A stretch of 64,000 nucleotides of DNA from the NCBI GenBank assembly GCA_948438085.1, contig CAOJKP010000007.1:2605-66604 (forward strand). Reading direction: 5' to 3'. The DNA comes from an uncultured Clostridium sp. (lineage in GTDB: Bacteria; Bacillota; Clostridia; TANB77; CAG-508). Shown piece after piece: positions 43,001-53,848 of this stretch. Numbering within the stretch: the stretch's first letter is position 1; each line of letters starts with the position of its first letter. The notes under the pieces are model-generated. The model was not told the DNA's origin and searched no databases. It saw only the letters and a list, made by a program, of their open reading frames with translations. A program made the position numbers and the translations under genes.

Positions 43001-44379
43001 ATTATTTATTTTTAATATACTTATTATAATTATTTTATATTTAGTAATATTTTATAATATAATTATTAAATATTTATCTTATAATAATAAATTAAATAAT
43101 TATTTAATTTATTATTTAATTTATTATTATATTTATTAGTACATAATTAAAGCTTATTTTTCTTTCTATTTTCAATTACTATTTTTACATAATAGATTTA
43201 ATTATTACATATGTATTATTTTAAATTATACATTAAAAATTATTAATAATATACTATATTATATTATATTATTCCATCATGTAAAATATATATTATTATT
43301 GTATACTTTCATCTTTATATTATTTTATAGAAGTGTTAGTCTTGCTGTATTTTTTCTATAATACTATAATTTCTCATCCTTTTTAATTATCCAAATAATT
43401 TTACTTAATTAAATAAATATTATTATAAAGATAACTTAAAAATACAAAAATGCATTAACTTTTGTTTAATTTATCCACTTTTTAAAACATAAAAACTCTT
43501 ATTTAATTACTCATTTATGTATTTCAGTATTTTTTATCATATTGTTTTTTCCTTTTCATTAATCACTCTTTTATTATTTTACTAATTATTATATATATAA
43601 ATTTATACTAACAAATTTTTTTATTGCCTTAAAATTGATTTTCATGCGTTCAAATTTTAAGACAATAAAAATATATTTTTAAATAAACATCTTATTTTTA
43701 TAGTTTTAATTTTGTATTTAATCTATATGCTATTTTTAAATATCTTTGTTCTTATTCTTTTTCTATTTATAATAATAAAATTTACGACATATAAATTATA
43801 TTTTTTGTCTTTTTGTACATATACTTTTTTTTGTAACATTATTATTTTTTTAATTATTCTTATTTTTTCATCAATTTTTGCTGTTATTAGCATTATACAA
43901 GTTTTTAGGCATATTTTAATTATAAAAAATATTTAGTTTTTATTTATTATAATTAGTTTTAAATATAATATTAAATAAATTTTTAAATATATTTTTATTT
44001 TGTCTATTTGATTATTTGTTTTTATTATTATTTAACATTTTAAATTTATACTTATATTTTTAACTTTTTTATACTATTATATATTATTGTTTTTTTATAA
44101 ACATATTATCATTTTACTTTATTCTTCTATTTTATATACTTACTATTCCATAATATTATTATCCTTAATTATATATACATACATTGTACATACTTTTGTT
44201 TTTTTCTATATAATGCTTTTTATATTTTCCTTATTTCCGTAGCTTTGTACACATTTAAATAAATGTTTTGTAGATTATATTTATATTTACATGTATATCC
44301 ATTATAATATTAAATTTCAATAGGCTTTTTGAATAACATTCAATTAAGAAATTATTTTATTTATTTAGGAATATATAAA

Positions 44380-44407
44380 ACACCAAACGCCTCCCAATTG
44401 GGAAGCG
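44380..44407 (-). terminator. rho-independent terminator of the GC-rich small ORF
   Basis: On the minus strand, the hairpin cgcttccc-aatt-gggaggcg is followed by TTTGGTGTTTTATATATT. Confidence 0.6.
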
Positions 44408-44441
44408 AATGATGTTTGCTTTAGTCGCATTCTAGATAATT

Positions 44442-44834
44442 TTAGAAAAATTCGCTCAGACATGGCGGTGTTGGAATCGTAAAACAAACAGTCCCATCCT
44501 CCGTCTCAAATGTCTTAGCGTTTTCAAAGCACATAGCTGTCTCAGCTGCCAGTCTTGGAGCCATGGATCTAAGTTCTGAAATCTGTCTTTTTATTGATGA
44601 CAAACCCTCCTGAAAATAACTTTCAATTTTAGCCTGAGGATATCCCAACTTAATTGCATCCAGTCCCTGGTTAATTGATGCATTCTCTTTTATGGGAAGT
44701 ACTAACTCCACAGACTCTCCCTGATAAATTAATGGTAATTTGCTCAGAATATCTTCTATACTCTTCTGAACCGCCTTCAATTCAGAAATATGCTCTTCTG
44801 TCATTACCATTGTCATCATTCCAAAAAATTCCAT
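44442..44834 (-). CDS. hypothetical protein of atypical (about 45 %) GC, probably horizontally acquired
   Basis: The ORF 44442..44870 is 142 aa; the likely start is the internal Met (MEFFGMMTMVMTEEHISEL...), preceded by AAGAAAGGAAAAG. It uses CCG, GGG and GCC codons, which are atypical for the rest of the window. It has its own terminator and no recognisable family. Confidence 0.5.
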   Translation of the reverse strand: MEFFGMMTMVMTEEHISELKAVQKSIEDILSKLPLIYQGESVELVLPIKENASINQGLDAIKLGYPQAKIESYFQEGLSSIKRQISELRSMAPRLAAETAMCFENAKTFETEDGTVCFTIPTPPCLSEFF

Positions 44835-45118
44835 ATTCTTTTCCTTTCTTTTTACCGTAGGAAGTATCATTCCCTACTCGTTGCTTTATTTAGAGTTTCT
44901 ATCAATAATTATAATATCATAATTTACATAAAATTGCAAATTCGTTCATGCAAAATATCGTTTTTCGTTCAAATAGCTTCATATTTTGTTATACTTTATA
45001 ATTACATAATTTTAATATTTTACTTATAAAAAATACACCTCAATGTATTAGATTTTTATCTAATATTTGTGATGTACTTTAAATTTAATTAATCTCTATT
45101 ATTTTAAAAATATATTTT

Positions 45119-45210
45119 TGGCGGAAGCGAGAGGATTTGAACCTCCGCGGCCCTTACGAACCCTAACTGTTTAGCAAACAGTCCCCTTCAACCACTTGGG
45201 TACGCCTCCA
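45119..45210 (-). tRNA. tRNA-Ser (anticodon GCT)
   Basis: Reverse complement GGAGGCGTACCCAAGTGGTTGAAGGGGACTGTTTGCTAAACAGT...GGAGGTTCAAATCCTCTCGCTTCCGCCA. It has a long variable arm and the anticodon loop TTGCTAA. Confidence 0.85.
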
Positions 45211-45217
45211 TAAAAAA

Positions 45218-45311
<94 letters not shown>

Positions 45312-45421
45312 GTATTATTGATAAACAATAACAGTATATATATTAACATATTTTTAATAATATTGTCAATAGAAATTATTTAAAACGAGAAAATTCTATT
45401 GACAATATTGATATTTACTAT

Positions 45422-45919
45422 TTATTTAATAGTTATAGCTTTTTGTATTGCCTCTTTTTCTTCTTCAGATAATGTATATTGTGAATTTCCATTTTCTATA
45501 GGCTTTGCATATATGTTAGACATTTCTCTAGAATATATTCCATTTAATATTATTCCATTATTTTTTTCATCTAATAATGCTAATGCAAAGCTTAAATCAC
45601 TTCCTGTATCTTTAAATGCACTATATCTTACCATTCCCACTTTTTGTATACATTTCATTAAAGTATTATCTAATTGTTCACAGTAACTTCTAATTTTTAT
45701 ATTTTCGGATTCTACTTCACTTATCTTGTTCATGTATTTTTCAATAGTTTCTTGTATATTATCTCCATTTCCTATTTTTTTCATAAACTTTTTATAATTC
45801 TTTTTAGTATTTATTAATATAATTACATTTGTAATATACATTAATATTAATAATATCATTCCACATGCCATAGCAATTAAAAAGTTATCTGTTTTTATAA
45901 ATTCTATAATCTGATTCAT
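45422..45919 (-). CDS. DUF4446 family protein (parB-adjacent)
   Basis: 165 aa with an N-terminal TM segment. Its position immediately downstream of parB is conserved in Firmicutes. Confidence 0.65.
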   Translation of the reverse strand: MNQIIEFIKTDNFLIAMACGMILLILMYITNVIILINTKKNYKKFMKKIGNGDNIQETIEKYMNKISEVESENIKIRSYCEQLDNTLMKCIQKVGMVRYSAFKDTGSDLSFALALLDEKNNGIILNGIYSREMSNIYAKPIENGNSQYTLSEEEKEAIQKAITIK

Positions 45920-45936
45920 CTATTTCTCCTCTATAA

Positions 45937-46794
45937 TTATTTTTTTATAAGCTCTAATATTCTTTCTAAATCATCATTAGATGTATATTCAATAACAATC
46001 TTTCCCTTTCTTTTTCCTGCATCTAATTTAACTTTTGTTCCAAAAAAACTTTGAAATGTATCTTCTATATCTCTATATATATATTCATATTTATTATCTT
46101 TTTCCTTCAACTTTTTCTTAGTCTGAACTCTTTTTTCAGTTTCATGAACACTGCTTCCTCTTTCTAGTATTCTTATAGCCATATCATATTGTTTATCTTT
46201 ATCGTCTATTGCTAATAATGCTCTACAGTGTCCTTCCGTAAGCTTTCCCAGCTTTACTAATTCAATAACTCTTTCGTCTAAATTTAATATTCTTACAGTG
46301 TTAGCTATACTACTTCTACTTTTTCCAAGTACTTCTGAAACTTCTTGTTGTGTCAAACCATAATCTTCCATTAGTTGTTTTATTCCTACCGCCTTTTCAA
46401 ATGCATTTAAATCTTCCCTTTGAACATTTTCTATTAAGGCAATTTCTTTATTTTGCCTTTCATCAAATTGTCTTATTATAGCAGGAATATGTGTTAATCC
46501 TGCTTTTTTTGCTGCTCTCCATCTTCTTTCTCCAGCTACAATTTCATAATAATTATCTTTTTTTACAACTATTATTGGTTGTATCACACCATATCTTTTT
46601 ATTGAATCAGCTAGTTCATCTAGTGATTCTTCATCAAAATGTTTTCTTGGTTGATTTTTATTAGGTTCTATATCTATTATTTTTAATTTCTCAATTACTT
46701 CATTTTCTTTTATCTCTTCACTTTGTATATCTAAATTACTAGAAAATAGTGCATCTAAGCCTTTTCCTAAACCTGTTTTTTTTGTCATTTTCAT
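45937..46794 (-). CDS. parB: chromosome partitioning protein ParB/Spo0J
   Basis: 285 aa; it has the ParB box GERRWRAA and an HTH (QQEVSEVLGKSRSSIANTVRIL). Confidence 0.9.
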   Translation of the reverse strand: MKMTKKTGLGKGLDALFSSNLDIQSEEIKENEVIEKLKIIDIEPNKNQPRKHFDEESLDELADSIKRYGVIQPIIVVKKDNYYEIVAGERRWRAAKKAGLTHIPAIIRQFDERQNKEIALIENVQREDLNAFEKAVGIKQLMEDYGLTQQEVSEVLGKSRSSIANTVRILNLDERVIELVKLGKLTEGHCRALLAIDDKDKQYDMAIRILERGSSVHETEKRVQTKKKLKEKDNKYEYIYRDIEDTFQSFFGTKVKLDAGKRKGKIVIEYTSNDDLERILELIKK

Positions 46795-46799
46795 TCCTC

Positions 46800-47588
46800 C
46801 TACTTCATATGTTTTGCTTTTATGGCAATTTCGTTATTTTTTAAAAACTCTTTTACAAATTTATCATAACTTTTTGCACCTTTTGATTTTATATCATACT
46901 CAGTAATAGGCATTCCATAACTTGGTGCTTCACTTAATCTAACATTTCTTGGTATAACCGTTTTGTAGACTCTATCTTCAAAATATTTTTTTACTTCCTT
47001 AACAACTTGATTAGACAAATTTGTTCTTATATCATACATTGTTAAAAGTGCTCCTTCTATTTCTAAATCTTTATTTAAATGTTTTTTTACTAAATTGATT
47101 GTATTTATAAGTTGTCCTAATCCTTCTAAAGCATAATATTCACATTGTACAGGAATTAACACACTATTTGAGGCTGTAAATGCGTTTAATGTAATTAATC
47201 CTAATGATGGTGGACAATCAATTATTATATAATCGTATTGATTTTCTATTACTTCTAATTTTTCTTTAAGTCTTTGTTCTCTTGAAATCATTGAAACAAG
47301 TTCAACTTCAGCTCCTGCTAAATTTATATTTGATGGACATATTTTTAGATTCTTGATTTTTGTTTCATATATCGCATCTTCTGCTAAAGTATCATTAACT
47401 AAAAGTTCATATACTGATTGTTCAACTTCTTTTTGGGCTCCAACTCCACTTGTTGCATTACCTTGTGGATCAGCATCTATTAGTAATACCTTTTTATTTT
47501 TTTTGGCTAGCATAGAGCTTAAAGTTATTGCGGTTGTAGTCTTTCCAACTCCACCTTTTTGATTTGCAACAGATATTATTTTTCCCAC
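46800..47588 (-). CDS. parA: chromosome partitioning ATPase ParA/Soj
   Basis: 262 aa with the deviant Walker A KGGVGKTT. Confidence 0.9.
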   Translation of the reverse strand: MGKIISVANQKGGVGKTTTAITLSSMLAKKNKKVLLIDADPQGNATSGVGAQKEVEQSVYELLVNDTLAEDAIYETKIKNLKICPSNINLAGAEVELVSMISREQRLKEKLEVIENQYDYIIIDCPPSLGLITLNAFTASNSVLIPVQCEYYALEGLGQLINTINLVKKHLNKDLEIEGALLTMYDIRTNLSNQVVKEVKKYFEDRVYKTVIPRNVRLSEAPSYGMPITEYDIKSKGAKSYDKFVKEFLKNNEIAIKAKHMK

Positions 47589-47688
47589 GTTAATTCCTCC
47601 TATGTCACTTAGTATTTCTACTAATAATAATATAGAAATATTAATAATATGTCAATGTATTTTTTAAACTTTTTATAAAAATTTTTTA

Positions 47689-48408
47689 TTATATGATTGG
47701 TGATTTTATTGGTATTCCTGATTTTCTAGGGTATCTATTAGGTGTATTCTTAATTTTTTTTACTATTATTATATTTCTTGTTATATCAGTATCTGGAATA
47801 ACTATTTCATCTAATTTTACAATTTTTCCTCCTAGAACATCTATTGCTTTTTTGCTATTATCAATTTCTTCTATATTACTTCCCTTCATAAATATACAAA
47901 TTCCATTTATTTTTACTAAAGGAAGTAAGTATTCGGATAACACATTCATATTAGCTACTGCTCTAGATACTGCAATGTCAAATTGTTCTCTATATTGATT
48001 ATCTTTTCCAATATCCTCTGCCCTTGCATGAATTAATTTCACATTGTTAAAATTATTCTTCTCTATTACTTCTTTTAAAAAGTTTATTCTCTTATTTAAT
48101 GCATCTACTAATACAACTTCTAAATTTTCATTTACTATCCTTAAAGGTATTCCTGGAAATCCTGCACCAGTTCCTACATCTATAATATTTGCACAATTAT
48201 TAATGTACTTATTTATAGTTAATGAATCTATAAAATGCTTTATTATTATATCTTTTGGATTTGTTATAGCTGTTAAATTAACTTTTTTATTCCATTCTAT
48301 TAGTAAATTCATGAATGAATAAAATTCATCTATTTTTTTTTCATTTATTTCAATATTCATTTTACTTGCTATAGTTGTTAATTTTTTCTTAAATTCATTC
48401 TCATCCAT
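47689..48408 (-). CDS. rsmG: 16S rRNA (guanine527-N7)-methyltransferase
   Basis: 239 aa; motif I DVGTGAGFPGIP; a GidB homolog adjacent to mnmG. Confidence 0.9.
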   Translation of the reverse strand: MDENEFKKKLTTIASKMNIEINEKKIDEFYSFMNLLIEWNKKVNLTAITNPKDIIIKHFIDSLTINKYINNCANIIDVGTGAGFPGIPLRIVNENLEVVLVDALNKRINFLKEVIEKNNFNNVKLIHARAEDIGKDNQYREQFDIAVSRAVANMNVLSEYLLPLVKINGICIFMKGSNIEEIDNSKKAIDVLGGKIVKLDEIVIPDTDITRNIIIVKKIKNTPNRYPRKSGIPIKSPII

Positions 48409-48409
48409 A

Positions 48410-50302
48410 TTAAGACTCCTCTCTTTGATTCATCCTTCTTTGCTGTTCTATATATATTAATAAAACAGATATATCTGCAGGAGATACACCAGATATTCTA
48501 GACGCCTGTCCTACTGATATTGGTTTGTATTTATCTAATTTTTGTCTTGCTTCCAAGCTTAATCCATTAATTTTAGCATAACATATATCATCATTTAATG
48601 ATTTTTTCTCCAACTTTTTTGCTTTCTCAACTTGAGTTTCTTGCAAATTAATATATCCTTCATATTTTATTTGTATTTGTACCTCGTCTTTCTCTTGCTT
48701 ATTTAAATTAGGTCTATCTTTATCTATCTTTTCCAAAATATCATATGATAATTCTGTCCTTTTTAATAAATCTGATAATTTAATTCCCATATCTATTTTA
48801 GATGAATTGTTTTCTTCCAAAAAGCAATTTACTTCATCCGTTGGTTTTATGGTTTTTTTCTTTATTCTTTCTATCTCTTTATAAATATTTTCTCTTTTTT
48901 TATTAAATTTTTCATATCTATCATTAGATATTAATCCTACATCATGCCCTATATCTGTTAATCTTAAATCTGCATTATCTTGTCTTAATAATAATCTATA
49001 CTCAGCTCTAGAGGTCATCATTCTGTATGGTTCATTTGTACTCTTAGTTACTATATCATCAATCAGTACCCCTATATATGCTTCATCTCTTCCCAAAACT
49101 ATAGGTTCCTTATTATCCAATTTTCTTGCAGCATTAATTCCAGCTATTATACCCTGAGCAGCTGCTTCTTCATATCCTGATGTACCATTTATTTGTCCAG
49201 CAAAAAACATTCCATCTATTTTTTTGCATTCTAATGAAACTTTTAATTGAGATGGTTCTATGCAATCATATTCTATTGCATATGCTGGTCTTGTAAATTC
49301 TGCATGTTCAAGTCCTGGTATTGTTCTATACATTAATATTTGAATATCTTCTGGTAATGATGAACTCATACCTTGAATATACATTTCTTCAGTTTTATCT
49401 CCTATTGGTTCAACAAATATTTGATGTCTCTCTTTGTCTGCAAATCTTACAACTTTATCTTCGATTGATGGACAATATCTTGGTCCTGTACCTTCTATTT
49501 TACCTGCATATAATGGTGATCTATGTAAATTACTTTTTATAATTTCATGTGTTTTTTCATTGGTGTACGTTAAATAACATGGTATTTGTTGTTTGTTAAT
49601 AATTTCATCATCAAATGAAAACATTTCAATTTCATCATCACCATTTTGTATTTCCATTTTTGAAAAATCAATCGATTTTCTATTTATTCTAGCTGGTGTA
49701 CCTGTTTTAAACCTTAATAATTCAATTCCATTTTTCTTTAAGCAATCAGATAGTTTATTAGATGGAAACACACCATCTGGTCCACTTTCAAATGATACTT
49801 CTCCAATATGTATTTTTCCTTTTAAATATGTTCCTGTTGCAAGAATAACACTTTTTACGTTATACACTGCCCCTATATTAGTAGTTACACTTATTACCCT
49901 TCCATTTTCTACTCCAATGTCTATAATTTCAGCTTGTTTTATAAATAAGTTATTTTGATTTTCTAATGTATGTTTCATTTCTATATGGTACATTTTTCTA
50001 TCTGCTTGTGCTCTTAATGAATAAACTGCTGGTCCTTTAGATTTATTTAACATTTTTATTTGTGTAAATGTTTTATCAATATTTTTCCCCATTTCTCCAC
50101 CTAAAGCATCAATTTCTCTAACCAAGTGTCCTTTAGATGTTCCTCCAATATGTGGATTACAAGGCATATTTGCAATTGCCTCTAAACTTATAGAAAACAA
50201 TAATGTTTTTTTTCCTAATCTTGCTGATGCTAATGCTGCTTCACACCCAGCATGTCCTGCTCCAATTACAGCTATATCATATTCTCCCGCATTATAATTC
50301 AT
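48410..50302 (-). CDS. mnmG: tRNA uridine 5-carboxymethylaminomethyl modification enzyme MnmG (GidA)
   Basis: 630 aa; the FAD-binding N-terminus [16 protein letters not shown] is present. Confidence 0.95.
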   Translation of the reverse strand: MNYNAGEYDIAVIGAGHAGCEAALASARLGKKTLLFSISLEAIANMPCNPHIGGTSKGHLVREIDALGGEMGKNIDKTFTQIKMLNKSKGPAVYSLRAQADRKMYHIEMKHTLENQNNLFIKQAEIIDIGVENGRVISVTTNIGAVYNVKSVILATGTYLKGKIHIGEVSFESGPDGVFPSNKLSDCLKKNGIELLRFKTGTPARINRKSIDFSKMEIQNGDDEIEMFSFDDEIINKQQIPCYLTYTNEKTHEIIKSNLHRSPLYAGKIEGTGPRYCPSIEDKVVRFADKERHQIFVEPIGDKTEEMYIQGMSSSLPEDIQILMYRTIPGLEHAEFTRPAYAIEYDCIEPSQLKVSLECKKIDGMFFAGQINGTSGYEEAAAQGIIAGINAARKLDNKEPIVLGRDEAYIGVLIDDIVTKSTNEPYRMMTSRAEYRLLLRQDNADLRLTDIGHDVGLISNDRYEKFNKKRENIYKEIERIKKKTIKPTDEVNCFLEENNSSKIDMGIKLSDLLKRTELSYDILEKIDKDRPNLNKQEKDEVQIQIKYEGYINLQETQVEKAKKLEKKSLNDDICYAKINGLSLEARQKLDKYKPISVGQASRISGVSPADISVLLIYIEQQRRMNQREES

Positions 50303-50570
50303 TTTTTTACTCCTTTCATAGTTTTTTGTGAAACAAAAAACTTTGTTCGCACCATTTCTTTATAATTTTCATATTAAGTTACATTTATATTCAAGTATTA
50401 GCATTTACATGTTGTCTTTTTGTGATGGTTTGCTTTGATGTATTATATTATTATATGTATTGCTTTTTATTCTCTCTATTTTTTGTTTTAAGCCATTTTA
50501 ATGTTTTACATGTAAAATTAGTCTTTTTTATTTTTTAATTGGATTAAATTTTATTTTAATGATTCTAATA

Positions 50571-51938
50571 TCATTTACCTAAACAAAATTTAGAAAATAT
50601 TTCCTTTATTATATCTTCACTCACATTTTCTCCTGTTATTTTTGCTAATTCCTCCATAATATTTTTTATATTAATTGAAATAATATCTATTGGCATTTTA
50701 TTTTCTACTGTTGAAATAGCTTCTTTGATTATCACAAGAGCATTGTCTATTACATTTTTGTGTCGAATGTTAGTAATCATTTCACTGTTGTCTATTGAAA
50801 TTTCATCTAATTTAAACATTTCCAATATTTTTTCATATATTTCTTCAATTCCAATATCTTCTTTTGCTGATATTTTAATTATTTCTTTATTATTTATATG
50901 TTTTTTTATATCATTTTCTAACTCATCACTATATTTTAAATCAATTTTATTAAGTATAATAATACATTTTTTCGATTTAATTGATTCTAATATTTCAATT
51001 TCGTCTTTCAATAGCGGTTTACTAATATCAAAAATTGCCATTACTAAATCTGCTTGATTAGCTATTTTCTTTGATTTTTCTATTCCTATTTTTTCTATTT
51101 CATTTGTTGCATCTCTTATTCCTGCTGTATCAATTATTTTCACTGGTATTCCCTTTATATCAATATATTCTTGTATACTATCCCTTGTTGTTCCTTCTAT
51201 ATCAGTCACAATTGCTCTTTCCTCTTTTAACATTCTATTTAATAAAGAAGATTTTCCTGCATTAGGTTTTCCTATTAATGCAATATTTATTCCCTCTTTT
51301 ATTATTTTTCCTGTCTCAAAACTATTAGATAATTTTCCCAAATCATCTTTTACTTCTTGTAAAATATTAAGAACCCTTTGATTTGTTACATCTTCCACAT
51401 CATATTCTGGATAATCAATAGAAACTTCTGATAAAACCATTATATCCATTAATTTACGCTTTATATTATATATCTTATTTGATAAAAAACCTTCTAATTG
51501 ATTTATGGACGTTGTTGCTTCCCTTTCTGTTTTTGAATTAATTAAATCTATTATTGATTCAGCTTGTGATAAATCAATTCTACCATTTAAAAACGCAATT
51601 TTTGTAAATTCTCCAGGTTCCGCTAGTATAGCTCCATTTTTTAAGCATATTTCTAGTATCTTGTTTGATATATATGTACCTCCATGTGAATTAATTTCAC
51701 ACATGTTTTCTTTTGTATAGCTATTTGGTTCTTCAAAATATGATACCAAAACTTCATCTACCACTTTTTGGTTATCGTAAATATGACCATACTTAATAGT
51801 ATATCCCTTTACTTCTTTATTTTTATTTTTAGGCACAAAAAATTTATCTAAAATTTTAAAACAATCTTTTCCACTCATTCTAATTATACTTATCCCGCCA
51901 ACTCCTGTAGCCGTAGAGATTGCCGCAATTGTACTCAT
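50571..51938 (-). CDS. mnmE: tRNA modification GTPase MnmE (TrmE)
   Basis: It has the G-domain motifs GKPNAGKSSL, DTAG and NKID and the C-terminal CxGK (CLGK). The likely start is MSTIAAISTATG; the upstream 17 codons of the ORF are probably not translated. Confidence 0.9.
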   Translation of the reverse strand: MSTIAAISTATGVGGISIIRMSGKDCFKILDKFFVPKNKNKEVKGYTIKYGHIYDNQKVVDEVLVSYFEEPNSYTKENMCEINSHGGTYISNKILEICLKNGAILAEPGEFTKIAFLNGRIDLSQAESIIDLINSKTEREATTSINQLEGFLSNKIYNIKRKLMDIMVLSEVSIDYPEYDVEDVTNQRVLNILQEVKDDLGKLSNSFETGKIIKEGINIALIGKPNAGKSSLLNRMLKEERAIVTDIEGTTRDSIQEYIDIKGIPVKIIDTAGIRDATNEIEKIGIEKSKKIANQADLVMAIFDISKPLLKDEIEILESIKSKKCIIILNKIDLKYSDELENDIKKHINNKEIIKISAKEDIGIEEIYEKILEMFKLDEISIDNSEMITNIRHKNVIDNALVIIKEAISTVENKMPIDIISINIKNIMEELAKITGENVSEDIIKEIFSKFCLGK

Positions 51939-52041
51939 ATAAGATTTCGCCCCTTTCAAATTTAAAAAGAAGCCAAAATGCAGATACAATCAATTTAAAT
52001 ATTGATTAAAATCCGAACTTTGACTTCCGATTTTTATATTA

Positions 52042-52728
52042 TTATTTATTTTTTAAAGAAATAACAACTTTTCTATATGGTTCTTCCCCTATACTTGTTG
52101 TTTCCACTTTAGGGTTATCTTGTAATTTTGTATGAATTATTTTTCTCTCATATGCACTCATAGGTTCTAATGTAATTTTTTTTCTTGTTTTAACTACAGT
52201 ATGTGCTAGTTTTTCAGCTAATTCTTCTAATGATTTTTCTCTTTTTTGTCTGTATCCACATATATTCAATGTAACTCTAACCTTATTTTCTAGACCTTTA
52301 CTAGCAATAGCTGTTAAAATACTTTGTAAATTATTTAAAACATCTCCTCTATATCCTATTAAATAATTTAAATCATCACCATTTATATCTACAACTATAT
52401 AGTAATTTTCTATTTTTATATCATATGCAATATTTTCACCTGGTAAACTACTAATAAAATTACTTAGAAAATTTTTAACATTTTCTGTAGCCCTATCAAA
52501 ATCTATCTTTTCTAAATTTTCTATATTTCTTTCTTTATTAATTAACTTCTTTTCCTCTTTTAATGTCATTTCAACTTTAACGATTCTTGGAGTTAATATA
52601 CTAAAAAAACTTCTCTTTTCTTCATCTTCAAGGATTTTTATATCCACTTTATCTTTAGTTGTATTTAATTCTTTTAATCCTTTTTCTATTGCTTCATTAG
52701 TTGTTTTACCTTCAAAAATATGCGCCAC
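52042..52728 (-). CDS. jag: Jag/KhpB RNA-binding protein (KH and R3H domains)
   Basis: 228 aa, located downstream of yidC as in the spoIIIJ-jag operon, with a C-terminal R3H-like motif. Confidence 0.8.
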   Translation of the reverse strand: MAHIFEGKTTNEAIEKGLKELNTTKDKVDIKILEDEEKRSFFSILTPRIVKVEMTLKEEKKLINKERNIENLEKIDFDRATENVKNFLSNFISSLPGENIAYDIKIENYYIVVDINGDDLNYLIGYRGDVLNNLQSILTAIASKGLENKVRVTLNICGYRQKREKSLEELAEKLAHTVVKTRKKITLEPMSAYERKIIHTKLQDNPKVETTSIGEEPYRKVVISLKNK

Positions 52729-52729
52729 T

Positions 52730-53611
52730 TTATATTTCCCCCTCTTCTTTATCTTTGATAAATTTATTTAATACTATTCTTTCAATTATCATAAGTATAT
52801 TACTTACCAGCCAATATAAAGCTAATCCTAATGGAGCTACAGCTGCTATCGATACCGACATTATAGGTGTAATATAGCTCATACTTTTATTTGCTTGGCT
52901 TACTGCATCTAATTCATTATTTTTAGAATCATCTTCTTTCTTTAAGCCAGATTCATCTATTATTTTATTATCAACATTTTCTTTTTTATTTTTTGATGAA
53001 GATTGCATTTTTGTAGTTAGTCTAATTGAAATAAATGAAGTTATAACATATAATACAGGTATAACATAAACTTTCCAGTCATTAAGTTTTTGTGAAGGGA
53101 CACTACTTAGGTCTAATCCAAGGAAATTCATATTTATATATACTTTTTCATCTTCCCCACTTTTTTGATTTATTATAGCAATTTCAGGATATGCATTATT
53201 TTTGTTTTCAGATTGTTGTATTTCATCTGTATATTGCTGTATTAAATTTGCATCCACTTTTTTCATATATGTTAATGGACTTCTTACTAAATAAAAAATG
53301 GCTAATATCAATACTATTTGTACAATCGCACTTAAACATCCACTAAATGGGCTCATTTTTTCTGTTTTATATAACTGTATTGTTTCTTGATTTAATTTTT
53401 CTGGATTATTTTTATATTTATCTTGTATTTCTTTCATCTTTTCTTGTATTTTTGCAGACTTTTTCATTGTTTTTTGTTGTTTTATTGATATTGGTAACAT
53501 TAATATTTTTATAATTATTGTAAATAATATAATAGAAACTCCATAATTTTTTACTAATTCATATAAAAAATTTAATAAATACCCAAAAATACTTGCTAAA
53601 CCAGCTAACAT
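52730..53611 (-). CDS. yidC: membrane protein insertase YidC/SpoIIIJ
   Basis: 293 aa with multi-TM topology; it sits in the rnpA-yidD-yidC-jag order. Confidence 0.85.
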   Translation of the reverse strand: MLAGLASIFGYLLNFLYELVKNYGVSIILFTIIIKILMLPISIKQQKTMKKSAKIQEKMKEIQDKYKNNPEKLNQETIQLYKTEKMSPFSGCLSAIVQIVLILAIFYLVRSPLTYMKKVDANLIQQYTDEIQQSENKNNAYPEIAIINQKSGEDEKVYINMNFLGLDLSSVPSQKLNDWKVYVIPVLYVITSFISIRLTTKMQSSSKNKKENVDNKIIDESGLKKEDDSKNNELDAVSQANKSMSYITPIMSVSIAAVAPLGLALYWLVSNILMIIERIVLNKFIKDKEEGEI

Positions 53612-53848
53612 TTATTTCTTCTCCTCTATATTTTTTAATGGATCATATCCACCTTTTGAGAATGGATTGCATCTTATTATTCTTTTTATTCCTAAAAAAC
53701 ATCCTTTTATAACACCATATGATTGTATTGCTTCTATTGTATACTCTGAACATGTTGGATAAAATTTGCAATCATATCCAAGATAATGTAAAAATGGTGA
53801 AATAGTTTTTTTATATAATTTTATTATTAAAATAAATAATAACTTCAT
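53612..53848 (-). CDS. yidD: membrane protein insertion efficiency factor YidD
   Basis: 78 aa with a conserved Cys pattern (YPTCSEY...CNPF). Confidence 0.8.
   Translation of the reverse strand: MKLLFILIIKLYKKTISPFLHYLGYDCKFYPTCSEYTIEAIQSYGVIKGCFLGIKRIIRCNPFSKGGYDPLKNIEEKK

Larger units (their letters stand above)
33275..44441. other. ~11.2 kb ORF-free island of extremely low GC (about 10 %)
   Basis: No ORF of 75 aa or more in six frames; the four 60-74 aa ORFs are low-complexity Ile/Leu/Phe/Tyr runs. GC is roughly 10 % against roughly 25-30 % in the flanking genes. Sparse GC-containing motifs recur inside it (see findings). Confidence 0.8.

Noticed and set aside
36632-43936. Four 60-74 aa ORFs inside the AT island (36632, 38988, 40050, 43712).
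   Set aside because: They are pure Ile/Leu/Phe/Tyr/Asn low-complexity runs with no RBS. They are not conserved between the repeat copies. At about 10 % GC they are what chance produces.
33275-44441. An rRNA operon or large known ncRNA (OLE, GOLLD, ROOL) occupying the ORF-free island.
   Set aside because: There are no GC-rich conserved rRNA or ncRNA core segments. The composition of about 10 % GC is incompatible with structured rRNA, and the known large ncRNAs are about 0.6-0.8 kb, not 11 kb.
45937-46794. A parS site (TGTTNCACGTGAAACA) inside or near parB.
   Set aside because: I looked for CACGTG cores by eye in 45.3-48.5 kb. I found only TTTCCCACGTTAA at about 47585, which is not a credible parS. 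I cannot exclude copies elsewhere without a proper search.
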